Assembly: GCA_947478395.1 (NCBI GenBank)
Contig: CANJVR010000004.1
Coordinates: 128,001 to 192,000 of the forward strand
DNA: 64,000 nucleotides
Source of the DNA: Opitutia bacterium
GTDB lineage: Bacteria; Verrucomicrobiota; Verrucomicrobiia; Opitutales; Opitutaceae
Direction of reading: 5' to 3'
Part shown: positions 31,701 to 40,102 of the stretch, piece by piece
Layout of the letters: each line of letters begins with the position of its first letter
Position numbering within the stretch: position 1 is the stretch's first letter
The notes under the pieces: generated by a model
Told to the model about the DNA's origin: nothing
Databases searched by the model: none
Seen by the model: only the letters and a program-made list of their open reading frames with translations
Translations under genes and position numbers: made by a program

Positions 31701-32296
31701 TCGAAGTCGATAATGGGCTGCTTCTGCGGGTGGACGAGATTGGGCAGCGCGAGAGAAGCGAGAATGTCGAGGTGGCCGCGGTGGGGCTGGGCGAAAGCGA
31801 TGTCTCGGATGAGCGTGGCTTTTTCGAGGACGTCCTTGCTGTCGTCGGTCTTGTTCCGTCGCCGGTTGATGACGGCGATGGTGAGCCGGTCTCCGTGCTT
31901 GAAGATCACCATGACGGGCATGGGAAAGAGGCGGTTAATCTGCCGGGCGATGGCGGAGAACGTGCCTCGGGCGTAGTCAGCGCCCTTCAGCTCGATAGCG
32001 ATGAAGACGTAGGATTGGAGAAAAGATTGCCGAACGTCGGTCTCATTAAAAAGCGAGGCCGTGCGATTAAGTTCGGCATCCGTGAGCTGGAAGAGGAGAT
32101 CGGCAGATTTCCACTCGTGGAAGAGTGCCTTTGTCTGGTCGAACGCGTGACCGGAGCCGAAGTCACTGAGGAAGTCCTGGGGTTTTGAGCCTGCGCCGAC
32201 GAGGAACTTGTCGCTCTTATAACCGAGCTTAAAGAGAAGCTGCCGGGCGGCGTCCTTGAGCGGGAGGGTTTGGAAATTGGCGAGAGCGGACTTCAT
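28796..32296 (-). CDS. type IIG/Eco57I-like N6-adenine DNA methyltransferase with C-terminal target-recognition domain
   Basis: PFLNGGLF, TGSFYTP, LDPACGSGAF, ANPPY, TaqI-C-like TRD, C-terminal EIDQQVYALYGLTPEEI. Confidence 0.92.
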   Translation of the reverse strand: MKSALANFQTLPLKDAARQLLFKLGYKSDKFLVGAGSKPQDFLSDFGSGHAFDQTKALFHEWKSADLLFQLTDAELNRTASLFNETDVRQSFLQSYVFIAIELKGADYARGTFSAIARQINRLFPMPVMVIFKHGDRLTIAVINRRRNKTDDSKDVLEKATLIRDIAFAQPHRGHLDILASLALPNLVHPQKQPIIDFDSLHTAWEQIFNVELLNERFYRELANWYFWALPQVGFPADLEPDEEKRRATGLIRLLTRLIFCWFLKEKGLIPEKLFHPADLAKLLKGFDPESETSSTYYQAILQNLFFATLNQRMGKDGNGKSYRVFAKDEGFAKNRATYDVNNLYRYEAFFREEPDAALSHFADIPFLNGGLFECLDRTEDGTNKKRYLDGFSRNAKKRPHVPDRLFFDSGEVADLSEVYDDKKRKAEKVTGLITILNRYKFTIVENTPIDQEIALDPELLGKVFENLLASYNEETKTTARKQTGSFYTPRPIVDYMVDESLKAHLTRALVEKARMKEHDARAGLDLLFAYTEKEHAFTPSEVATLIAAIDALKILDPACGSGAFPMGVLHKLVYILGKLDPDNDRWKQTQLAKLDSAPMREELERAFVDNNDDYGRKLYLIENCLYGVDIQPIAIQITKLRFFISLVCDQKTNRNKKDNHGIRPLPNLETKFVAADTLIGLPISDKDLFIESLIAPIEREIEDAYHGHFTIQRRDQKLALQKKIKALRLKLAETLAGSLGAVNSAKSRHLAEWDPFDPQSSADFFDPHWMFGRALKDGFDVVIANPPYVQVTKDKFSEANIAALKLFKSFCYKADLYELFLERTVLLLKPRGIASYITPVVWLTLQNSQPLRKLLLDETSISEIRIWGEGVFKNAVVSTQTVFFEKLDHEKEKSSSSIQVRTDSGDKCISVESVRKRPYLQIDFQSNDGEEGLLKKIETQCKRLGELCDVSQGITPYDKYRGHDANLISKRAFHADEKRDETYGPWLNGRDISRYSINWRGEWLSYGDWLGAPREPRFFTQEKLLCREVPGAGKRIQAAFHSGTIYCGHAISPLVAKPGKKVKLKYLLGVVNSTAASWYAGLRCPNFAKDIFPKLNPSDIKNIPIPTATPEQQEGLEHLIDRILASKQANAAADTSALEREIDQQVYALYGLTPEEIAIVESAAR

Positions 32297-35200
32297 GGTG
32301 CTTTGATGACGAGCCAAGTGACGAGTTCGAGGTCAGTCTTCTCGTGAACCTGTTCCTTCGCATTCGGCAGGACGAAGCCGCGCCCGGACTGGAGCCCAGC
32401 GGCGGCGCGCTTGCGAAAAGTGACTGCGAGGGAGTCTACGGCTTTTTGCAGGAGCTGGTCGTAAGCTTTCATGTCCGCGCCGTGATTGGTCTGCTGGTCG
32501 AAGAGATCGCAAAGCTGTCCGTAGGCTTCCGCTTTGCCGGTGCAAAGGATGCGGTAGATGTCGAGGATCTGCTTGGGATGTGCGAAACCGAAGCGGACGT
32601 TGCCATCGTCCAGCACGTAGACGAGGAAGTAGGGATGGAGCGGATTGATGGACTCACTCGGCACGGGCTTGGTGTCGGTGGTTCCGCCGCGCTGGCCTTC
32701 CTGCCGGAAGCAGAAGATCACGCCGGGGCCGATGACTTTGTAGTCGGGATGCGTCGGAACACAGGTGTAGAGACCGAAGGGGGCGTCCTCTAGAGCGGCC
32801 TTGTTCGCCTCGATGTATTTCAGGAGTTCGAGCCGGAAGTCATCGAGCGTGAACTCGGTGAGGGAGATGCTGTCGCCAAGATCTTCGATGTCCAGAACCT
32901 CGTCCTTCAGCCGGAGAAGCTGCTTGTCGCGATAGCGGAGGTCTTCGGAAATGATGTCTTCGATTTCCTCGTTCTTGAGGACGTTGTCCTCGAACGTGGC
33001 GGAGAGATCCACGAGGGCCATGCGGGCTTCGACGCGGTTCTTGAGATTGATGTATTTGTTGAGATCCTCGGTGGGCCAGAAATTGACGAGCTGCACAGTG
33101 TGGCTGGCGCTACCGATTCGATCGATGCGGCCGAATCGCTGGATGATACGGACAGGGTTCCAGTGGATGTCGTAGTTGATGAGGTAATCGCAGTCCTGGA
33201 GATTCTGGCCTTCGCTAATGCAGTCCGTGGCGATGAGGAGATCGATCTCTCCCTGCTGCGGCATACTGGGAATCTTGGCGCGATGCTTGGAGCGCGGTGA
33301 GAAGTTGGTGAGAATGTGGTCGTAAGCGCTATTCCCGAAGGTCGCGCGGGTGTCGCCTCCACCGCACACGAGGGCCATGTGAATGCCGAGTTGCTTGGAG
33401 CCCCATTCTAGGAGCGATTCATAGAGGTAGGTGGCGGTGTCGGCGAACGCGGTGAAGACGAGGATTTTTTTGTTCGGCTCGCCGAGTTTGTTGGTGGTGG
33501 GTTTGGCAACTTTGGCGGCGATGAGCTTTTTCAATTCCGCGAGCTTGGCGTCGGTCGCGGGCGTCACGCTCTGCGCGGCGTTGTAGAGGATATTGAGCTG
33601 GTCCTTGTCCTTCTTGAGGTCCTTCAGCCAATTCTTCCCGGCATCGAGTTCCAGATGCTCGAGTTTATATTTGAACTTACCACCTACGAGCATGGCTTCT
33701 TCGAGTTCCTCGTCGTGGCCGGGGTCGTCGAGTTCGAGTTCAAGCGCCTCAGACTCGGGGTTCTGATTGGGCAACGTCTGGTAGTTCTTAATCTTCTTTT
33801 CCAATCCTTCGATCTTGGCGATGGTGCGCTCCATCGTGATCTCGAACGACTTCACGGAGCTTTCGAGCCGTTTGAGGAAGTTAACCTTCATCATGCCGAT
33901 GAGAAATTTTTCGCGGTCGGCCTGAGTGAAAGGATCGCGGGTGGGCGTCTGATAGAGGCGCTTGAACTCTTCTTTGACGTATTTCGAGGGGTTGAAGAGC
34001 GAGAGTTTGTAGCCGGCGATTTCGTCGTTGAGCTTATCGTAGGAAAGGAACCGTCCGCGCAGGTCGATCTCGGGATAGATTGAGATTGGTTTCTTGCGCT
34101 CGGGGAAGCCGCCGAGCTGAGCGATGGTGGCCTTGTAATATTTCTGGATGTGCTTGCGTGAGCGGGCGATGGTCAGCTCGTCGAGCAGCTTGAAAAACGA
34201 CGCATTGAGTTTCTCCAGTAGTTCGCCGGTCTTGCGCTCGGCGCTGTGCTTTTTTGCCCAGTGGGTGAAAACCTTCTGCGCGGTGGCGAGGGTCTCCTTG
34301 AGACTGCCAATGCCGAGAGATTCCGTGAACGCGTCGTCGCGGTTCTCGGTCAGAAAATAGAGCTGGTTGCGAAGGTCTTTTAGGTCGTTGTTGACCGGAG
34401 TGGCGGAGAGCAGGAGGACCTTGGTGCGAACGCCGGCCTTGATGATGTCGTCCATGAGCCGCTGGTAGCGGCTTCGGCGGATGATGTTGCCCTCGTCGTC
34501 GCGCTTGCCGGGGGTGTTGTTCCGGAAGTTGTGCGACTCGTCGATGACGACGAGGTCGTAGTTGCCCCAATTAAGGGTCGCGAGGTTGATGTCGCCGGAG
34601 TAGCCGGTCTCACGGCTGAGGTCGGTGTGGGAGACAACATCGTAGCGGAAGCGGTCTGAGCCGAACGGATTCAGGAGACTGTTGGCCCGGTAAACGGTCC
34701 AGTTGTCGCGTAGTTTCTTCGGGCAGAGAACGAGGATGCGCTCATTCTTCAGTTCGAAATATTTGATGACGGCCAGCGCCTCGTAGGTTTTGCCCAAGCC
34801 AACGCTGTCTGCGATAATGCAGCCGTTGTGGCGGAGGATTTTGTTGATGGCACCTTTGGCCCCGTCCTTTTGAAATTCGAATAGAGCCTTCCAAATGTCC
34901 GTCTCAAACAGGCTGGTCTTGCCCAGATCCGCGTCGGTCTTACCAGTGTCGCCGAGGAACTTCTCGAAGATGTGGAAGAGGGTCTTGTAGTAGATGAACT
35001 CTGGGGTGTTGTTCTCGTAGAGTTGCTTGAGGTAATTGAGCACCTCCTGCTTTACGTCCTTCACGAGGGCCTCGTTGCCCCAAAGTTCATCGAACCACTG
35101 CTTGAGTTCGTGACGGTCGCGGTTGCCGTCAACGATCAGGTTTAGCTCGATGTTGTTGCCCGCCGCGCCAAGGCCCAAGCCGCGCACCGTGAAGTTGGAA

Positions 35201-35622
35201 CTACCAAGGATGGCATCGTCCACGCCAGCGGTGGCGACGTGATACATTTTCCCGTGAAGGAGGTTGGACTGCTTGATGGTCTTGATGTCCACCTTGCGCT
35301 CGATCCAGTCGGCGCATTCCTTCGCGACGCGTTTTTGCTGGAGCTTGTTGGCGAGTTCCAAGCCGTCGGCGTCGATAATGAAAGCCTTCTTTTCGGTCTT
35401 GGTCGGATCGAGCCGGTTGACGAACGACGGTTCACCGAAAAGAAAATCCAGGTGCTCAACTCGTTCGAGAGCTTCCTTGAGCGCATCGTAGGCGTAGATG
35501 GTGAAGTAGGCGGAGACGATGGAGAGTTTTGATCGATCTCGGATTTTCGAGTCCAGGAAATCGGCGACTGTTCCACGCGTGTGATTATCGCGAAGGCCGG
35601 AGTTGTTTGGGGACGGGGGCAT
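32293..35622 (-). CDS. PLD-like nuclease domain fused to SNF2-family helicase
   Basis: LHGKMY...GSSNFT (PLD); ADSVGLGKT, IDESHNFRN, LSATP, SEGQNLQ, QRFGRIDRIG. Confidence 0.92.
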   Translation of the reverse strand: MPPSPNNSGLRDNHTRGTVADFLDSKIRDRSKLSIVSAYFTIYAYDALKEALERVEHLDFLFGEPSFVNRLDPTKTEKKAFIIDADGLELANKLQQKRVAKECADWIERKVDIKTIKQSNLLHGKMYHVATAGVDDAILGSSNFTVRGLGLGAAGNNIELNLIVDGNRDRHELKQWFDELWGNEALVKDVKQEVLNYLKQLYENNTPEFIYYKTLFHIFEKFLGDTGKTDADLGKTSLFETDIWKALFEFQKDGAKGAINKILRHNGCIIADSVGLGKTYEALAVIKYFELKNERILVLCPKKLRDNWTVYRANSLLNPFGSDRFRYDVVSHTDLSRETGYSGDINLATLNWGNYDLVVIDESHNFRNNTPGKRDDEGNIIRRSRYQRLMDDIIKAGVRTKVLLLSATPVNNDLKDLRNQLYFLTENRDDAFTESLGIGSLKETLATAQKVFTHWAKKHSAERKTGELLEKLNASFFKLLDELTIARSRKHIQKYYKATIAQLGGFPERKKPISIYPEIDLRGRFLSYDKLNDEIAGYKLSLFNPSKYVKEEFKRLYQTPTRDPFTQADREKFLIGMMKVNFLKRLESSVKSFEITMERTIAKIEGLEKKIKNYQTLPNQNPESEALELELDDPGHDEELEEAMLVGGKFKYKLEHLELDAGKNWLKDLKKDKDQLNILYNAAQSVTPATDAKLAELKKLIAAKVAKPTTNKLGEPNKKILVFTAFADTATYLYESLLEWGSKQLGIHMALVCGGGDTRATFGNSAYDHILTNFSPRSKHRAKIPSMPQQGEIDLLIATDCISEGQNLQDCDYLINYDIHWNPVRIIQRFGRIDRIGSASHTVQLVNFWPTEDLNKYINLKNRVEARMALVDLSATFEDNVLKNEEIEDIISEDLRYRDKQLLRLKDEVLDIEDLGDSISLTEFTLDDFRLELLKYIEANKAALEDAPFGLYTCVPTHPDYKVIGPGVIFCFRQEGQRGGTTDTKPVPSESINPLHPYFLVYVLDDGNVRFGFAHPKQILDIYRILCTGKAEAYGQLCDLFDQQTNHGADMKAYDQLLQKAVDSLAVTFRKRAAAGLQSGRGFVLPNAKEQVHEKTDLELVTWLVIKAP

Positions 35623-36009
35623 CTAGTTGAACGATTTACTCCTGCAATGCTGGCAGTGGCGCGTTTTGCGACAACGGCGGGCTTCGGCGAGAAGCCGGTC
35701 GGTATGTGCGCGTGCAGTAGCTGTTTGGGGTCATGCTGGAGTCCGCGTTTTTACCAGCGCACCCCGCCAGGGCAATCTTTCAAGGAGCAATCTCGCCCCA
35801 CATCACTATCGTGGCCTCGCGTTGAATTTCTGGTGGAGAGAGGGCGTTTTCGGGGTGATCTGGCTTACCCACTGCGCGCGTGGTGGGGAATCCTTCCGCT
35901 CTCCCGTGAATGACTCCGAGCGGCTTATTTTGGAGACGTCCGGAGATGATGAGGGCGGGCTCGTGGTTTGAAGAGCCGGGGTGAAGAATATCACGGGCGC
36001 AAAAAGCAG

Positions 36010-36153
36010 ATTGTCCCGCTTGGACAATGCTCTCTGTCGTCATTGTCCCAGAGCTGAGGACGCGGACAATCCCCTCCGAAACGATTGTCCGAAATTGAAG
36101 CCGAGGACAATGCGCTCCCGGCTACATTATGAGGGCTACAATGCCTGGACAAT
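36010..36153. repeat. phased array of GGACAAT/ATTGTCC heptamers (iteron- or oriT-like protein-binding array)
   Basis: GGACAAT at 36022, 36064, 36105 and 36147; ATTGTCC at 36010, 36042 and 36084; intergenic. Confidence 0.75.
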
Positions 36154-36601
36154 GAGCCCGAAAGGGCCGGCTGGAGCCGCAAAGGCAGGCGACTATACTA
36201 ATCGCACGCATGACGAGAAATTCCAGCGAAAGCACGGCTTCCGGTCGGGTAGCGATGACCGGAGAAAAAGAGACTGACCCCCAACGGGCCTCACTACCGA
36301 ACGTTGCAGTGAACCCTGGTCTCACATCTTTTCCGCTAGACTTCTTCAGCACTCAAGGCCGACCGGGTGGAAGGAGAACTTGTTCTGGAGTTGCGCATGG
36401 TCACGACGGCCGCTTCGAAGAGATTTCTGCCTATCATTCTGTAACAATCAATGTGAGGACCATCGAACTGGCGGCGTAATATCGCGACGTTCCAGGCGCT
36501 ATTTTTTGCAGTTTCTCCACTCGCAGCAGTAAAAGGTGAAAAATGAAATAAACATCAGATTCCGCTACCCATACCGTTTCCAAATTTCCCATTTAGGGGA
36601 C

Positions 36602-37849
36602 ATGATTAGCTGTTGCAGCATAACACGGTCGTCATTCTGGCAGACGCTCGCTCACCTCAAGTCGTGGTCCAAACGACACAAGGCAGACAAGGAATACTTT
36701 GGCCTCCAGAATGGATCATGTCCGCTACAACCATTCCTCCACGCCATCTACGATGACCTCGGCTACTACGAGGCTGTCCACGGACTTCTCGCTCCCTTTG
36801 ACGAGGACGACTTTCCGAAGATGATCTATGCCCGGGATCAGTGGGGACGTCAGAGAAAAGGAACGGTTGCCTACCACGTGGTCGCTTCGCCGTCTGACCG
36901 GGTGCAGGGTTTTTTCCACGCGGTTAGGGAGCCGAAATTACTCTCGGACCTATTGAAGGCAGCCCATTGGGCAATGCTGAGGCCCATCGCCGCCGAACTC
37001 GGCGGATGCCTCGTGACGGCTCCCCATTGCGACACGGCCCGATTTCACACGGAAATTCTTTGTCCGAAATACAACGCGGACGGTGCTCGAATTAGGAAGG
37101 GGTTCACCTGGGACAATAAATGGCTGTCCTGTCTAGCGTCGCGGCAAGTCGCCGGGTTAGGCGAGACCCGCTTCAAAATGGAAGCGCCGCGTTGGAACAC
37201 GACCATCGCAATGCGCCTGGAGCATGAACTCCTCGCCCTCTGCCGGAAGTTTTTCGTGACCCACGGATTGGATCTATCGAAGGCCGCCGAAGCCACCGTC
37301 ATGCTCCAAACAGAGTGGCGCGCTGAGAAGGGGAAGGCTGAAGCCCGCGAGCGCCAGGCGCAGAATCCCTCCTCGGAGAGGCCGGTCGAGTTGGTCATCC
37401 ATGCCGAACCAGAAACAGCATCCACCGTTCCCGCGTCGGTCCCCGAGGTGGAGCTTTCGAAGGCGGCATCATTGCCGTCGACAACCCCGCTCACGGTCAT
37501 ACCGGAAGTTGCGGCACTGGCACCAGCGTCGGAGAAAGAGGTGACGACGCCAGCGACACCTATCCGTCAGGTCATTCGGCAGCCCCGCCCCCCCCGGTGG
37601 GAGGAGTTGACTAAGGAACTGGTGGCTTTCCACAGCGATGATAAAAAACGAGCCCGGCCGTCTGCGTCTTGGGTTGTCGCCGACGACGGCTGGCCGCGCC
37701 TCGCGGCGGCGCTGGCGATCGCGCTGGCCGCGGCCGAGGCGAGCAACGACGAAGCGTCTGAATTCAAGAGGACATACGGCCTCTACCTATCTGCGCGGAG
37801 CCACGATCTTGATCGGACCAGTGCCGAGATGGAGCCCGAGACGCCCTGA
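36602..37849 (+). CDS. putative degenerate MOBP-like relaxase
   Basis: AYHVVASPSD (motif II-like) and VTAPHCDTARFHTEIL (HxDxxxxHxH-like, last His replaced by Glu); low-complexity tail. Start uncertain (ORF opens at 36536). Confidence 0.45.
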   Translation: MISCCSITRSSFWQTLAHLKSWSKRHKADKEYFGLQNGSCPLQPFLHAIYDDLGYYEAVHGLLAPFDEDDFPKMIYARDQWGRQRKGTVAYHVVASPSDRVQGFFHAVREPKLLSDLLKAAHWAMLRPIAAELGGCLVTAPHCDTARFHTEILCPKYNADGARIRKGFTWDNKWLSCLASRQVAGLGETRFKMEAPRWNTTIAMRLEHELLALCRKFFVTHGLDLSKAAEATVMLQTEWRAEKGKAEARERQAQNPSSERPVELVIHAEPETASTVPASVPEVELSKAASLPSTTPLTVIPEVAALAPASEKEVTTPATPIRQVIRQPRPPRWEELTKELVAFHSDDKKRARPSASWVVADDGWPRLAAALAIALAAAEASNDEASEFKRTYGLYLSARSHDLDRTSAEMEPETP

Positions 37850-37873
37850 GAGCATGGGTGACCCGGAAACTTC

Positions 37874-38284
37874 TTAGGGCGATTCCGAGAGCCGGAAAAG
37901 CAAATGCCCTATCAGCCCACCGAGCGCCGTAACCGAAACAAAAAAAAGGTAGTATCCGATTTCTTGGCTTGGTTTCAAAGAATACCGCAAGGCCTGACAC
38001 CAGACTCGTTCCATCACCCACAGTCGGATTGAAGGGGGAAGCAGTTCCAACAGGTCGAAGAGCCGCCCCAGGCGCACGTCACCAGCCCCCTTTCGACGGA
38101 CGCGCACGTAGAGGCCGCCGTCGATGACCAGCCAAAGGTTCGGACTGGTAGGACACGGGTGTCGTTCGCCGAGGGAAGCGTCGCCCACGATCAACTGAAC
38201 CGTAAGGCCGTGGAGCCAGTCCCGTTCCGTCGCCGTAAGCGCGCTTAGGCGTGCCTGGATTTCGTTGGGATCGAGGGGGAGCAT
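37874..38284 (-). CDS. hypothetical protein
   Basis: 136-aa ORF 7 nt downstream of the 38292 ORF. Confidence 0.5.
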   Translation of the reverse strand: MLPLDPNEIQARLSALTATERDWLHGLTVQLIVGDASLGERHPCPTSPNLWLVIDGGLYVRVRRKGAGDVRLGRLFDLLELLPPSIRLWVMERVWCQALRYSLKPSQEIGYYLFFVSVTALGGLIGHLLFRLSESP

Positions 38285-38291
38285 GATGGGA

Positions 38292-38975
38292 TTACTCCGC
38301 TTTTGCTTTCGCCCGTTCAGTTTTTAGTTTCTCCGCCACGAAAGCTTTGGCCAATTTCCGCGCTTCGCCGACGGAAGCCCCGAAGGCATCAGCGAGCATT
38401 TTTTCCGCTTCGTCGATCACACGCAGGAAGGAGGCAAAGACCACAGAGGGCGGATGCTGCTTCGAGTGGTTAAATTCATAGCCATCGTGCAGCGCTCTTT
38501 CAATTTTATCAGTGGACTCGACCAGCAGATCTCTGAGCTTCTCGTATTCCGGGTCGGCAAAATTGTCTTTTTCGGGTTGGCTTTGCTCTGGGGCGACCTG
38601 ACGCGCAATTTGCTTGGTGGTGTGGTGCGTCAACCGGGTGCCGGTCGCGATGTGCGATTTAAGGATTTTAACGGCCTGCTCTTTCTGCTCCGCGGTTTCG
38701 AGGCGGTGAAGGTAACGGTATGCGCCTTCACGGAGATGGCGTTCTAGGTGCGGAATATTCGACTCCGAGATGAACTGAACATACCCAATCAGACGATAGC
38801 CTTGGCCCTTAGAATAGCCCCAGACTTCGTCGAGGTATTCCTCGAAACTCTTGAAATCGATCGAGTAGAGCTTTTGCTCCCAGATTTCGAAAAGGCCGGC
38901 GTAGGCCTGTAGCAGGCCTTTTTCGATCGACGCTTCGATTTTTTTACGGGCAAGAAGTTTGGTTTCTGTGGACAT
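38292..38975 (-). CDS. mobile-element DNA-binding-type hypothetical protein
   Basis: LYSIDFKSFEEYLDEVWGYSKGQGYRLI, an HTH-like block common in phage/plasmid proteins. Confidence 0.65.
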   Translation of the reverse strand: MSTETKLLARKKIEASIEKGLLQAYAGLFEIWEQKLYSIDFKSFEEYLDEVWGYSKGQGYRLIGYVQFISESNIPHLERHLREGAYRYLHRLETAEQKEQAVKILKSHIATGTRLTHHTTKQIARQVAPEQSQPEKDNFADPEYEKLRDLLVESTDKIERALHDGYEFNHSKQHPPSVVFASFLRVIDEAEKMLADAFGASVGEARKLAKAFVAEKLKTERAKAKAE

Positions 38976-39173
38976 AGGTTTTATTTCTGATTTCGCGGGC
39001 GCGTGATTGCGTCCGGTAATCCTGCCTATGACGGGGGTATCCCAAAATGTAAGAGGGACTCGCCCCATTTACACTTCCTTCAGATTTGGACTCCACGGTG
39101 GGAGGCTTCGCTCCGTGTGATGTCGCCAATTGGCGACACTGCCTAAGGCGAAATCGCCTCGAAAAGGGTTCTT

Positions 39174-39478
39174 TGGTGGGCCCACTGGGATTCGAACCCA
39201 GAACCAAAGGATTCAGTTGGTCCGGACGTTTCCGTCTGGTCTGGACTATGTCTTCACCCGCCTTGGAGGCGGGGACGGGAGTTACGCGGGAATTAAGGGG
39301 ACTAAACCCCTCCGCTAGTCTCTACACCTTCCACCGCTGTAGCGGTGGCTCGGCTCGGCGTTCCCATGCCACACTCGCGGCGAAGGGTTCTCCGAATTTC
39401 CCCGTATCCCGCCGGCAATCACTCACCGGCGGCACCATTTTGATGAGTCCTCTGCTCTAACCGTTGAGCTATAGGCCC
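39174..39478 (-). tRNA. tRNA-Ile2 (anticodon CAU, lysidine type) interrupted by a group I intron; exons 39478-39443 and 39213-39174
   Basis: Joined exons give a 76-nt cloverleaf GGGCCTATAGCTCAACGGTTAGAGCAGAGGACTCAT^AATCCTTTGGTTCTGGGTTCGAATCCCAGTGGGCCCACCA with encoded CCA. C4:G69 and C5:G68 are TilS determinants. Confidence 0.93.
39214..39442 (-). ncRNA. group I self-splicing intron (IC3, Azoarcus tRNA-Ile type), 229 nt, no ORF
   Basis: P1 pairs exon CAU with IGS GUG (U.G wobble). P2 has a GUGA tetraloop. Core motifs AAAUUCGG, AACGCCGAGCC, GAAGGUGUAGAGACUA and GUGAAGACAUAGUCCAG are present. P9 is GACG-GAAA-CGUC, followed by a terminal omega-G before AAUCC. Confidence 0.93.
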
Positions 39479-39550
39479 AAATCCAAAGAACGCCACGTTT
39501 GTCGCCTCACACGGGGGCCACTGCAACCTTCGTTTCGCGCGGCGCTGACG

Positions 39551-39982
39551 TTATTCGTCGCGCGGGAGCTTGGCTTCTCGAATCAGCGTGCGAAATTCAG
39601 CTCTGACACGAGCGTCCTTTAAGGCTTCGAGGAGAAGTTCCGAAAGGAGCGAACTGGCCGCGCGTTCGTTCTCCTTGGCCACCGGCAAAGAGGGAATTGG
39701 CGGCTTGGGAGCGATACGCGGCGCGAACTCCGAAATATTCACGCCGAGGCGCTCCGCTTCCATCAATTCCAATTGGTATCCCAATTTGACCATGCTCCGG
39801 ACGTCGGCTTCCGAGTATCGCAAGACCCGTTGGTTTAGGTGCACAGGGTCGAGCTGCCGGTGGTCATTTGTGAGACGCTTGATGGTGCCATCAGAAACGC
39901 GGAACAGGAGAGCCATTTCCTTTCGAGTGAAGGACGGCGATGGTGAACCTAAATCGGTGGATGGATCTGTGAGGCCGAACAT
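39551..39982 (-). CDS. excisionase/recombination-directionality-factor-like HTH protein
   Basis: FTRKEMALLFRVSDGTIKRL...RVLRYSEADV Xis/MerR-like pattern; adjacent to the integrase. Confidence 0.7.
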   Translation of the reverse strand: MFGLTDPSTDLGSPSPSFTRKEMALLFRVSDGTIKRLTNDHRQLDPVHLNQRVLRYSEADVRSMVKLGYQLELMEAERLGVNISEFAPRIAPKPPIPSLPVAKENERAASSLLSELLLEALKDARVRAEFRTLIREAKLPRDE

Positions 39983-40054
39983 CTAACCCCCTTTGAATCG
40001 GTTCGAGCGGTTGTCCAAGGAATGTTGGCCGATCGCACCCATAGGATGCAAAAA

Positions 40055-40078
40055 GGCCGACCCGGCTTCGGGTCGGCC
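40055..40078 (-). terminator. rho-independent terminator after the integrase
   Basis: GGCCGACCCG-GCTT-CGGGTCGGCC followed by TTTTT on the minus strand. Confidence 0.8.
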
Positions 40079-40102
40079 AATCTTGCTGGAGCTACCCGGC
40101 GC

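Noticed and set aside
28796..35622. Complete DISARM or BREX system
   Set aside because: No DrmA/DrmB (DUF1998) or PglZ/BrxC-like genes recognised nearby.
36010..36153. CRISPR mini-array
   Set aside because: The repeat is only 7 bp and alternates in orientation.
35630..36600. A defined nic site
   Set aside because: No clear match to an RP4-type TATCCTG/C consensus found by eye.
38944..39460. ORFs 38944-39207, 39086-39460 and 39130-39318 as a homing endonuclease or real genes
   Set aside because: They overlap the tRNA and intron and show no LAGLIDADG, HNH or GIY-YIG motif.
39174..39478. Calling the CAU tRNA a tRNA-Met
   Set aside because: It has a G1:C72 pair and no three consecutive G:C anticodon-stem pairs, so it is not an initiator; C4:G69, C5:G68 and the ACTCATAATC context fit Ile2. 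A covariance classifier should confirm.
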